Positions 12,546 to 23,332 of a stretch of DNA of 64,000 nt are shown here, one piece after another. The translations under genes were made by a program, and so were the position numbers. A model generated the notes under the pieces. The model ran no database searches. It saw only the letters and a program-made list of their open reading frames with translations, and was not told where the DNA came from. Position 1 is the stretch's first letter; every line of letters begins with the position of its first letter. The DNA comes from Nemertoderma westbladi (Eukaryota; Animalia; Xenacoelomorpha): assembly GCA_032718475.1 (NCBI GenBank), contig JAUCBJ010003862.1, forward strand, positions 1-64,000, in the 5' to 3' direction.

Positions 12546-14151
12546 GTGAGTTGGACTGTTAGTTTATGTGCGAAGAAACAAAACCAATGTATTTTAAACT
12601 TAGAAGTTTTTTTATTTTAATATTTTGCAATATCTAACTTTATATACTGTATTCAAGAACATTTTATAACAACTTTTGGAGTCGCTTTTCTAAATTCCTC
12701 GTTAGTTTAAATTTTACACCCATGTCACTTTCTTTTTTTTATTTGTAATTTCTGCTAATTAATATAAGTGAGTATGCGCTGGGTTATTAACTATTTGGGA
12801 AATAATAAAGATTTCGCGGGGTCAAAATCACTAAAAGTCGCAAAAACATTCAGACGCGCCGTAAGTTTTGACTTCCTCGATAATTTCCAATATTTTATAT
12901 CTTAAAATGACCGACATTATGACCGAACGGTATGTTTTGGTGTTATTGAACACCATTATTTTGCAACGGGTAGCTTTTGTTGTAGTAGCTGTTGTAGCTG
13001 TAGCAGTAATTTTTCATAATATCGGCGCGAATTCGAAAAAACACAGATTTTCAGTTTAGACACTCAATACATAAGTTAAAAGCATTTAAATTGTATAATG
13101 TTAACGAATCAGATATGTTGATATCTACTGTATGTGTCATTTGAAAGAGCATAAAATTCTGCAGAAGCTAATATATTATTTATTGTTGTACAATGTACAG
13201 TATATCTAAGAATAAAATAGGCTACCCCCCCCCCCCCCCCGTGTGTAATGGACCAGGGTTAACTATATGCTGTTCAACTCAAATCATAAAAACATGGCTA
13301 TAATATGAAAGAACCATCTATCCCATGTTCGTCGTTCGCTGCCCAAATTTCAGCCAATTGCATGTTAGTATATTAATGTAGTGGTTGTTTAATGTTATGA
13401 GGTCGGGGTGTGTCGCTTGCATTGCCCCCCCCCCCCCCCCCCCCCCCCCACAAAAATTATAAAATATGTAGAAGTTTATTGAAATAAGAGATAAAAACCA
13501 AGCAGGGAAATTCCACCTGTAATACGCCCCCCACCCCTCCCCCCCCCCCCCCCCCTGTCTGCTCTAAACACCCCTTATAAAATATGTAGCCCCCCCCCCC
13601 CCTGTAATTGATCTACTGTATACTATTACTAGACGAAAATGGCATTACAAGAGGGACTTAACTTAAAACAAAAATATAATTAGTCAAGTTAATTGTATTA
13701 GCAAACCACCGAGATCATAGAATTCTCCTTAAGAGCTTTCGAATGATATATATGTTTATAGGATATGAAAGAAAAAATTTTTGACGAAAATTCCATCATA
13801 AGTTTGGCCACTTTTAGTTATTTAGACTCCACGGCGTAAAAGCTCAGATCCGGGGAAAAAATACGGGGAATTCTCAAAATCAAGCGACGCGTATAACTAC
13901 TGTTATTCGATTAGAATAACAGATGATTTCTCTCAAAAATTATGCTGTAACCAGTGCTATTATTGTCTTTAGTTTATTGTTTCCGTTAGAATAACTTGCC
14001 CCAACCTGCTCTTTTATCTTAACTTATAAAGAATGTTGTACTAGTTTATATGATATTGTGTAGTTATTTTAACCATATTACCATTGATTTATACAGTAGG
14101 TCGTTTATAATATCAGATAAGCGCTAATAATTATCCATCTTTTTTTCTTAG

Positions 14152-14298
14152 TTGGAAATTTACAAACAACTCGATCTTTTGGTACCAAAGGACTTTGTGT
14201 GAGTCTTCCTCATTTACATACTGAGGGGTTTATTGAGAACCTAAAGGGACATAAGAGAGAGCATAGTGGTTCGGATATTTGGGGCTTTGGTACACCAG
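14152..14298 (+). CDS. SLC35G/EamA-like transporter, predicted exon 2
   Basis: TTTTTTCTTAG acceptor, open frame GNLQTTRSFGTKG...WGFGTP, GTTAGT donor; phase 1 at both ends. Confidence 0.6.
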
Positions 14299-14485
14299 GT
14301 TAGTGTAATAATACATAACACATGGTTCCCATATGGCGTCTCTTTTATGAGTAAACATTTATTAATACAAATAAGGATCCGATCCGATATATGGGGGTTT
14401 TTGATCACGGACATGTTTTTACTTTCCTACAACTCTTATGACTTTATACAACTCAATATTATTATACAATTAATATAATTTCTAG

Positions 14486-14798
14486 ATGACACATCGACAT
14501 CAAATACACCTTTTGGAACACAACAAAGTCTTCAGTATACACCATTTGGCACCCAACACAGCCTAAATCCCACACCATTCGGAACACAACAGAACCTCCC
14601 ATCTGCTCTATTTGGCACCCAAATTCTACACCCCCAACAGGTTACCACTTTCCCGCCGATCCTAGAAGACGAGATATTTAATCCCCCCTCTTTTGAAGCG
14701 CATGACGTCACAGAAGCTGATGACGTCACCATTTCTCCATCGGATTACCCACCTCCCAGTGTTACATCTTTTACCTCTTCGGAGGCTTCCAAAACAAA
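14486..14798 (+). CDS. SLC35G/EamA-like transporter, predicted exon 3 (TPFGTQ repeats, Pro/Ser-rich)
   Basis: TTTCTAG acceptor, 313-bp open frame with four 11-aa FGTQ repeats, GTTAGT donor at 14799; phase 2 joins the exon at 21136. Confidence 0.65.
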
Positions 14799-14815
14799 GT
14801 TAGTATAAAATATAT

Positions 14816-15806
14816 TGTACTATCTATGTACTATCTATGTACTATCTATGTACTATCTATGTACTATCTATGTACTATCTATGTACTATCTATGCACTAT
14901 CTATGTACTATCTATGGTCTAACTATGTACTATCTATGTACTATCTATGTACTATCTATGTACTATCTATGTACTATCTATGTACTATCTATGTACTATC
15001 TATGGTCTAACTATGTACTATCTATGTACTATCTATGTACTATCTATGTACTATCTATGGTCTAACTATGTACTATCTATGTACTATCTATGTACTATCT
15101 ATGTACTATTTATGTACTATCTATGTACTATCTATGTACTATCTATGGTCTAACTATGTACTATCTATGTACTATCTATGTACTATCTATGGTCTAACTA
15201 TGTACTATCTATGTACTATCTATGTACTATCTATGTACTATCTATGGTCTATCTATGTACTATCTATGTACTATCTATGTACTATCTATGTACTATCTAT
15301 GGTCTAACTATGTACTATCTATGTACTATCTATGTACTATCTATGTACTATCTATGTACTATTTATGTACTATCTATGTACTATCTATGCACTATCTATG
15401 TACTATCTATGTACTATCTATGGTCTAACTATGTACTATCTATGTACTATCTATGTACTATCTATGTACTATCTATGGTCTAACTATGTACTATCTATGT
15501 ACTATCTATGTACTATCTATGTACTATCTATGGTCTAACTATGTACTATCTATGTACTATCTATGTACTATCTATGGTCTAACTATGTACTATCTATGTA
15601 CTATCTATGTACTATCTATGTACTATCTATGGTCTAACTATGTACTATCTATGTACTATCTATGGTCTAACTATGTACTATCTATGTACTATCTATGTAC
15701 TATCTATGTACTATATATGTGCTATCTATGTACTATATATGTACTATCTATGGTCTAACTATGTTCTATCTATGTACTATCTATGTACTATCTATGTACT
15801 ATGTAC
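14816..15806. repeat. 11-bp minisatellite (TATCTATGTAC)n with a recurring TATCTATGGTCTAAC variant, left part
   Basis: About 90 tandem units, directly visible. Confidence 0.98.
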
Positions 15807-15962
15807 ACAGATTCAGGTATTGTGTACAGGGCTCCATAGTCAGTAGGGCTATCTCATGCATGGTGACTACACTGCACAAACTGTAAGAGTACTACCATAG
15901 TACCTGACTACTGACACTACTCCTTTGAAGTTTGCCGACACTTGTATTTTAGACAGTAAGGA

Positions 15963-17475
15963 ATGCCTTGCTGCGCCTGCAACGTTAAGGCGGGCACTAG
16001 GCGGTGTAAAAACTGTTTGTGCGTGAAGGAGGGTCGCCGTTGCTTCAACTGCGCACCGGGTAAGAAGGGCTTATGCGAAAATGAGGGGGTTTCATCGTCA
16101 CAGCCGTTGCCCATACAGAACTTAGTCAGTTTGCTGAAGCCGGCGTTTCTTTCTCAACCAGCGGCTCCGAATACGGATGATGGGGATAATACGTTGATCG
16201 ATGAGGACGACACTCTGGTGGATACCCCTCCCTTTGTTTCTCCACTCACGTCACCGTGTGGGTCGCCATCCACAGTGTCGCTTATTTTCGCGACGCCCTC
16301 GTTTACAGTAGCCACGCTGTCTACCGGACCCCATACCGACGCCACGCTGTCTACCGGACCCCGTACTGACGCCACGCTGTCTACCGGACCCCGTACCGAC
16401 GCCACGCTGTCTACCGGACCCCATACCGACGCCACGCTGTCTACCGAGACCCCATACCGACGCCACGCTGTCTACCGGACCCCATACCGACGCCACGCTG
16501 TCTACCGGACCCCCTACCGACGCCACGCTGTCTACCGGACCCCGTACCGACGCCACGCTGTCTACCAGACCCCGTACCGACGCCACGCTGTCTACCGACC
16601 CCGTATCGACGCCACGCTGTCTACCGGACCCCTTACCGACGCCACATTGGCTATCGGATCCCATACCGACGCCAATATGTCTACCGGATCCCAGACCGAC
16701 GCCAATATGTCTACCGGACCCCAGACCGACGCCACGTTGTCTACCGGACCCCAGACCGGCGCCAAGTGTCTACCGGACCCCAGACCGGACGCCACACCGT
16801 CTACCGGACCCCAGACCGTCGCCACATCGTCTACCGGACCCCAGACCGACGCCACGTTGTCTACCAGACCCCAGACCGGCGCCAATATGTCTACCGGACC
16901 CCAGACCGGCGCCACACCGGCTACTCGGACCTCGTACCGGCGCCACACCGTCTACCGGATCCCAGACCGACGCCACACTATGTCTACCGGACCCCAGACC
17001 GACGCCACGTTGTCTACCAGACCCCAGACAGGCACCAATATGTCTACCGGACCCCAGACCGGCGCCACACCGCCTACTGGACCTCGTACCGGCGCCACAC
17101 CGTCTACCGGATCCCAGACCGGCGCCACACCGTCTACCGGATCCCAGACCGGCGCCACACCAGTCTACCGGATCCCAGACCGGCGCCACACCGTCTACCG
17201 GATCCCAGACCGGTGCCATACCGCCTACCGGACCTCGTACTGGCGCCATACCGCCTACCGGACCTCGTACTGGTGCCACACCGCCTACCGGATCCCAGAC
17301 CGGCGCCACACCGTCTACGGGATCCCAGACCGGCGCCACACCATTTACCGGACCCCAGAATGGTGCCATTTCGTCTACGAGACCCCGTACCGGCGCCACA
17401 CCGCCTACCGGACCCCGTACTGGCGCCACACCGTCTACAGGGACCCACGTATGGTTTGAGCTAAAGCTTCCACTG
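15963..17475 (+). CDS. CRE ORF N-terminal region: Cys-rich (CXC-like) domain plus 10-aa repeats; frameshifted within the repeat array
   Basis: CCACN...CKNCLCVKEGRRCFNCAPGKKGLCEN followed by (DATLSTGPxT)n; single-base indels switch the frame, and the last frame (PSTGTHVWFELKLPLV) runs straight into the RT ORF. Confidence 0.7.
16310..17445 (+). repeat. 30-bp coding tandem repeat (GCCACGCTGTCTACCGGACCCCATACCGAC-like)
   Basis: About 38 diverging units, directly visible. Confidence 0.95.
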
Positions 17476-20292
17476 GTGGATATTTTGACGCCTTTAGATC
17501 TCGTCTATAAGAAAATAGTTCACTGGCGATCCAATTTGTTTCTGGTGCCTCAGGGGGCGGTTGGTAGACAACTAGTAGGGGAGATGACACGTCTTGTGAA
17601 CTTGTTTACAACGGGGTCCCCTTTACAGGAGGCTGCGTTAACAGCGTTGATGTGTCTGCCTGCGTTGCTCCTACAGAAACCTAGCCGATCGTCAAACACG
17701 GCAACTCATCGAAAAGTTCTGGAACGCCGCTTAAATGATTGGAGAAATGCGCGTTTCACTGATTTGATGGCAGAAGCTAGCGCAATACAGGGACATCTCC
17801 CGAGACCGCCTAGACAACCGGAATCCCAAACTGAAGCTACGAGAAAAGCTTTCGTTCGGCATATGTTGACTGGAAATGTGTCAGCCGCTACTCGATGCCT
17901 CAGTCAGATCAACCGAGGTACTCCAATGAAACTCGACGATTCATTCGTCGACAAGGATGGTACAACGAAGGTAGTTCGCGATGTTCTGTTAGAAAAACAT
18001 CCCGTAGCTACTCTGGCAGATAGTTCCGTCCTGCTTACAGAATTCGATCGCGCACCAGAGCACCACAGGGTGGTGTTTGAACGTATCGACGGCCAGCTGA
18101 TTCTTTCCTGTCTCCTCCGAATGAAAGGAAACGCGGCAGGCCCCTCGGGCCTTGACGTACAGGGGTGGAAACACCTGCTGACGAAGTTTCGAAACTACTC
18201 CGTGGATCTCTCCAACAGCGTCGCAGACATGGCGAAGCGGATCGCACAGGAGATTGTACCGAGGGGGGTGTTGTCATCTTACCTTTCCGCACGTCTTCTC
18301 GCGTTGGATAAGTGTCCGGGGGTTCGGCCCATCGGCATTGGGGAGGTGTTACGGCGGGTAATTGGGAAGGCGGCGATGTTCAGCATTAGTGGGGACCTTC
18401 AGTCCGTAGGCGGATCCACCCAGCTCTGTATGGGACAGAAATCTGGTATTGAATTCGCCATACACAGCCTTAATGACGCATTCGCCGAGGAAGAATGTGA
18501 GGCGATACTCCAAATTGATGCAACTAATGCATTCAACGTTCTTAATCGGGAGGCCGCCACACACAACATTAGCCTTGTCTGCCCATCGCTGCACACAATC
18601 GTTGTAAATTGCTACGCGGAGCCATCGAACTTGTTCGTGGGAGGTGAGTCTATTTTCTCCTCGGAAGGTTCCACTCAAGGGGATCCGGTGGCGATGCCGA
18701 TGTTCGCCTCCGGTTTAACTCCATTCGTAGACGAACTCGAGACGGCGTGTACTGTGAACCAGAAATGGTTTGCAGATGATGGAAATGCGGCGGGTTCTCT
18801 AGTTGAATTGCGGAAGTTTTGGGATGTTGCTGTGAGGAGGGGTCCTCTATACGGATATTTCCCCTCGAAATGTCGGTTGACGGTGAAACCTGACAAGCTC
18901 GGTGAGGCTGAATTACTCTTTGCCGGCATGGACATCGTCATAGACTCGGTTGGCAGCAAGCTTCTTGGGGGGGTGATTGGTTCAAAGGAGTTCCAGGAGG
19001 AGTTTATCCTTTCCAAGGTAGATGAGTTCGCGGAGGAGGTGGATCGACTCGCTGATATCTCCATGATGGACCCTCATTGCGCGTACGCGGGTCTAGCTTT
19101 CGGACTGTCGTGCAGATGGCGGTTTCTCGCTCGGGTTATACCAGGCGCCGTCGAGCAGTTCGATAAACTCGAGAAATCGGTGACGGCCGCTCTCTGTCGG
19201 ATAGTTGACCGGCCGGCGTTGACCACGGAGGAACGACAGCTGCTCTCCCTCCCAGTCCGTGCTGGGGGGATGGGAATCCCAGTTCCGTCCGATCTGGCCA
19301 CTCAGTATGACCATTCCAGGTTGGTTTGTGAGCCACTGAATGGCGCTTCCTCTGGTGATATGGCAGACGTCAGGAAGGAACAGCTACTCGCCGCCAATCG
19401 TGTAAAGGTACAGGCTGGCCTGCAAACAAAAAATAAAATCGCAGTTTGTAACGGAGACCTGCCGCTAACCCAACAAAAACTAAGGGAATTAGTTTCAGAA
19501 AAGGGGGCGTCAACCTGGCTGAATACTAAACCGGTTACTATACATAACACTCACCTGTCGAAAGAGGAATTCCGAGATGCATTGTGTCTGCGGTACTGTT
19601 GGCAGCCGAAGTCTCTCCCCGCTCGTTGTGTCTGTGGGTCGCGATTTTCACCCACCCACGTCCTGTCGTGTCCTACTGGAGGATTTCCCTCTATCAGACA
19701 TAACGAGATTCGAGACTTCATTGCCAACGCGTTAACCGAGGTGGCTAACAACGTAGCCATAGAGCCAATGCTGCAGCCCTTGACAGGCGAGTCGTTCCGG
19801 CACCGGACCACGTCTACCGACCAACAGGCCAGGCTCGACGTCTCAGTCAGCGGTTTTTGGGGAAACCGGTACGAGAAAGTCTTCCTGGATGTCTCCGTGT
19901 TCAACCCCTTATCGGAAACGAACGCGGCGATGTCGTTGGAAGCAGCGCACTCGCACCACGAGGCACGCAAACGCCTCAAGTACGAAGACCGGATTCGCGA
20001 GGTAGAACTGGCGACATTTGTGCCCCTCATCGTTTCTGCATTCGGTGGGATGGCTACGGCAATGCGCCAGTTTGTGAAACGGCTGGCATACAAGCTGTCG
20101 GACCGCCGTGAAATCCGGTACTCCGACTGTGTTTCCTGGATCCGGAGACAAATTAGTTTTGCGCTTCTGCGGTCCAGTCTGATGTGTCTTCGCGGCGCGC
20201 GTTCCGCATCCAAGCGGCCAGTTCACCACGCGATATTGGACACCTCCATACGGCTGGCGAACGCGGATACGGACTGCGGGGTTGCTGGGTAG
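17476..20292 (+). CDS. CRE reverse transcriptase + CCHC zinc knuckle + RLE endonuclease
   Basis: AAGPSG, ALDKCPGVRPIGIGEVLRR, IDATNAFN, GSTQGDP, WFADD, LPVRAGGMGI, CVCG...HVLSC, RHNEIRD, RLDV..GFW..FLDV.VFNP, E.RK..KY. Confidence 0.93.
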   Translation: MDILTPLDLVYKKIVHWRSNLFLVPQGAVGRQLVGEMTRLVNLFTTGSPLQEAALTALMCLPALLLQKPSRSSNTATHRKVLERRLNDWRNARFTDLMAEASAIQGHLPRPPRQPESQTEATRKAFVRHMLTGNVSAATRCLSQINRGTPMKLDDSFVDKDGTTKVVRDVLLEKHPVATLADSSVLLTEFDRAPEHHRVVFERIDGQLILSCLLRMKGNAAGPSGLDVQGWKHLLTKFRNYSVDLSNSVADMAKRIAQEIVPRGVLSSYLSARLLALDKCPGVRPIGIGEVLRRVIGKAAMFSISGDLQSVGGSTQLCMGQKSGIEFAIHSLNDAFAEEECEAILQIDATNAFNVLNREAATHNISLVCPSLHTIVVNCYAEPSNLFVGGESIFSSEGSTQGDPVAMPMFASGLTPFVDELETACTVNQKWFADDGNAAGSLVELRKFWDVAVRRGPLYGYFPSKCRLTVKPDKLGEAELLFAGMDIVIDSVGSKLLGGVIGSKEFQEEFILSKVDEFAEEVDRLADISMMDPHCAYAGLAFGLSCRWRFLARVIPGAVEQFDKLEKSVTAALCRIVDRPALTTEERQLLSLPVRAGGMGIPVPSDLATQYDHSRLVCEPLNGASSGDMADVRKEQLLAANRVKVQAGLQTKNKIAVCNGDLPLTQQKLRELVSEKGASTWLNTKPVTIHNTHLSKEEFRDALCLRYCWQPKSLPARCVCGSRFSPTHVLSCPTGGFPSIRHNEIRDFIANALTEVANNVAIEPMLQPLTGESFRHRTTSTDQQARLDVSVSGFWGNRYEKVFLDVSVFNPLSETNAAMSLEAAHSHHEARKRLKYEDRIREVELATFVPLIVSAFGGMATAMRQFVKRLAYKLSDRREIRYSDCVSWIRRQISFALLRSSLMCLRGARSASKRPVHHAILDTSIRLANADTDCGVAG

Positions 20293-20452
20293 TTCAGTTG
20301 GGTAGTTCAGTTACCACTGACAGACTGCTGCGACGGACAGGATTAATTAATAATATTAAAAATAGTTTGAATTTCCCCCGTAAATGCTAAATGTATCGTG
20401 TAGTATATATTTGTTGGCATTTTGCTTTATTAAATTGACATATAAAAAAAAA

Positions 20453-20539
20453 TCTATGTACTATTTATGTACTATCTATGTACTATCTATGGTCTAACTA
20501 TGTACTATCTATGTACTATCTATGTACTATCTATGTACT
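20453..20539. repeat. 11-bp minisatellite, right part
   Basis: Same unit and GGTCTAAC variant as 14816-15806. Confidence 0.95.
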
Positions 20540-20679
20540 AACTTTCTACCATCTCTATGTACAAAATGCATACTTGACAACTGTAATAGTAGTAGATGCC
20601 GGCTTAACAAAAAGATTTCGTCACCACTATGCAATCTACAATTGGCAAGCCCAATGAAGCGTGCATTAAGAATGATATC

Positions 20680-20880
20680 CCGGTTTATCCCCCGCCACAA
20701 CTCCCTATCGCCCATGACTTTCGCGAGATTGTCCTCATCATAAAGGCCAGTGTCCTTTAGGAGGCATCTCAAGAAAGACATGGGCTGTCCACTATGCTTG
20801 TTTTCTCCATGGGGCCGCCAAAGTACAACATTATGCACAGTCTGGTCCTCATGGTGACAATGCACTTCACAGCGGCAAAG
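20680..20880 (-). pseudogene. 3' fragment of an RTE-clade LINE ORF
   Basis: HC..EDQTVHNVVLWRPHG...LLKDTGL...MGDRELWR resembles the C-terminus of RTE ORF2. Confidence 0.6.
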
Positions 20881-21135
20881 TGCATACTAGAGTTGAGCAA
20901 TTGAGCATACTTTAGTGTTTACTGCATACTTTAGTACAGTAAATGTAGATTACATATTATCAATTTTTAATCAAATTTAATTACCGAAATTCCCACTATA
21001 GTAGGTGGAATATGACCTAGAACTAGCTAGTCCCTATTGTTTTTTTGACCTGGACATAAAGACATGACATGTAGAAAATCCTACAAGTATATGACGTTAT
21101 TTAATATATTTTATTATACAGTATATTACTTGCAG

Positions 21136-21260
21136 GAAGTCGTTATGTAATTCTCTTCTCGGTTTACTATTCGCCGCCATAGCAACTGTACTCTACAGTC
21201 TAACAGCTGTGATTTATAAAAAGTCAGGTCTTTCCATCGGATCCTATTTTCTAATAAAAG
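21136..21260 (+). CDS. SLC35G/EamA-like transporter, predicted exon 4 (first transmembrane helix)
   Basis: TTGCAG acceptor, LLGLLFAAIATVLYSLTAVIYK, donor AG|GTAAGA; phase 1 joins 34464 to give K-G-L-K-C. Confidence 0.8.
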
Positions 21261-21563
21261 GTAAGAAATTTATTAAACAGTTCAATATGCCCATTACGTC
21301 CAATGACCAATAGGTCTCATTACGCCTTACAGAAACTTATTGGTATGTCTGTTTAACTTATAAAACTTTAAAAAAGGAAATGTCTTAGAAGCTGTATATA
21401 AAACATATTGGTCACACCATATTACTTATAATTTTTTCGAAGTATAAGATAATATCTGAAATGTTAGGAAGATCCATTTATGAAAATGCATTTATATAGG
21501 ACATATTGCACTGCTGTAGTGTCATTAGGCCAACTGTAATACTGACGAATAATGCCGTGCAAT

Positions 21564-21801
21564 GATTCCAAATATGTAAAAACATTTGAATTTGGTTGGG
21601 AAATAGCTGAGATATGGGCATTCGAAAGTTGCATGTATTTGCTTCATTTGCAGGCCATTCATTCTATTTAATAAATACACAATGTTCTAGAACATTTTGT
21701 TTATCTCGTATGTAGCTGGAGGTGTAATACTATGCAACATATGAACGCATGTATCTCAGCTATTTTCAACCAAATTCATATAGTGTTACATATTTGGAAT
21801 C
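21564..21801. repeat. Imperfect inverted repeat, probable MITE remnant
   Basis: GATTCCAAATATGTAA...GAATTTGGTTG.GAAATAGCTGAGATA (21564-21614) recurs in reverse complement at 21751-21801. Confidence 0.6.
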
Positions 21802-21879
21802 CTTATATGGCCAGCTTTCCACTAGAACCTATAAATCACTATAAGGTTGAAGAATAATAACTGGAGTTAAAGATTGAAC

Positions 21880-22550
21880 TGTGACGGGATCATAGATCCC
21901 GACTGGGTTAGATATGTATGCGTCACCGTTTCGCTGAAGAAGCTGTGCTATAGTGGTTTTGGCCGAAGGCCGTCGGGGAAATAATCGAGTTTGTGTTTCT
22001 CAATATTAATCTTCCGAAATGATAATAGCACAGAACTATGTATGTAATGAATATCACGATACAAAATAACAGCAGAAAATACACAGATATTAATTGGTTA
22101 TGTTGGTAGCGGTGACGATCGTAAAATATGACCGGTCTGCAACTCTGTGATTAATGAACTGACCGGTAAATCAGTAATACAGAATAATATATGATTGATA
22201 CACAGAGATATTGGTTTCACCTCTTACTCTACTTGGCCTTCTGTACCCAGTGGATGCTTTCCTATTTCTGATCACGTGCTTCCCTCCCTGCTATTGGCTA
22301 ATATACTAATTGTCACTTTGGCATTCCCTGTGAGTGTTTCCCCCTGTTGCTAGCCTCTAATAGCTGTGCTCTCCCTCTGAGGTGGTTTGACCTCTCTCTG
22401 TGGCTTTAGGGCTTGTGTCGACCCCCCCCCCCCCAAAGTTGGTTATGAGGCGAGATTATTATTGGTAATCTCGTACCCCCAACTAAATTGATAAAATGCC
22501 ACTGGTCCCATTCTAAGGTGGATAATGTAACGGAATTGAATCCGCTTACA
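21880..22550 (-). repeat. 3' LTR of element 2
   Basis: Direct repeat of 33513-34163, adjacent to the PPT. Confidence 0.95.
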
Positions 22551-23332
22551 CTCCCCCCATGCTATCTTCCCGGTGAGAAGATAGCATCAACCTTAAGTGC
22601 GCTTCAATTCCGCTGGAACCCAATCTAATATCGGGTGTGGGGTGGAGTTCTTTTCTCGGGGTCGGCTTTCCTGACCGCCCCCCCCCCCTGGGTATGTTAT
22701 TACTACCCCTCCGTGGTGCAATCGCGAGCTATGTTGCACTAAGGTATCTGGTGTCTCTGTTTGAGACAATTATGCTCTCTCTTCACACAATTTTCTACAA
22801 CCTCACTCTAATCTTACTCTCGGACCTCTCTGTCCCTTACTCTCTCTCTCACGGACCTCGTCGTCCCTTACTCTCTCTCTCACAGATCTTGTCACCCCTT
22901 ATTCTCTCTCCAGTCCCTTGGGACTCATCCTCTCTCCCTGCTCGCTCCCCACGCTTGAATTGCACTCCTCTCACTTCTACGCATGTCAACACCTCCTCTC
23001 CATACTTCCCCCGTTCTCCTATACTCAACCCATCTTTTGTCCACTCACCCCTGATGAGCCTCACCCTCCCCTTTGTGCTGTCGCACTCAAGAAGCGTGAT
23101 CTGTATAGTGCCTCGTCCTCCTGTCATAGTCAATTGGTCCCCAGTCCCAGTAGCTAATTGGAAAAGGTTGTATATGACTATAGTACTTAGTTTGATTATA
23201 TATTTATATTGATCAAAATGATTATCTACATACGTACATACTAATTGCACTTAATTATTTTGCACTTAGGAGTTCGTATTTATTCTCACAAGTGGTGCCT
23301 TCCAGGCACGCCCATATCTCCCTCTCTGAGTT

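Larger units (their letters stand above)
15807..20452 (+). mobile_element. CRE-clade (RLE-type) non-LTR retrotransposon, near full length, poly(A) tail
   Basis: Cys-rich N-terminus, RT, zinc knuckle and restriction-like endonuclease in that order; A9 tail at 20444-20452, after which the same 11-bp minisatellite resumes. Confidence 0.9.

Noticed and set aside
13225-13603. Poly-C tracts as a functional G-quadruplex cluster
   Set aside because: Similar homopolymers are scattered throughout the window and nothing supports a specific function.
14826-15886. Many overlapping MYYLCTIYVLS ORFs
   Set aside because: Translation artefacts of the 11-bp minisatellite.
16310-17445. 30-bp repeats as a CRISPR array
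   Set aside because: Units are contiguous with no unique spacers, lie inside a eukaryotic retrotransposon ORF, and no cas genes are present.
17989-20229. Long antisense ORFs over the CRE RT (and similar ones over BEL pol and element 2)
   Set aside because: Shadow ORFs of GC-richer coding sequence with no recognisable motifs.
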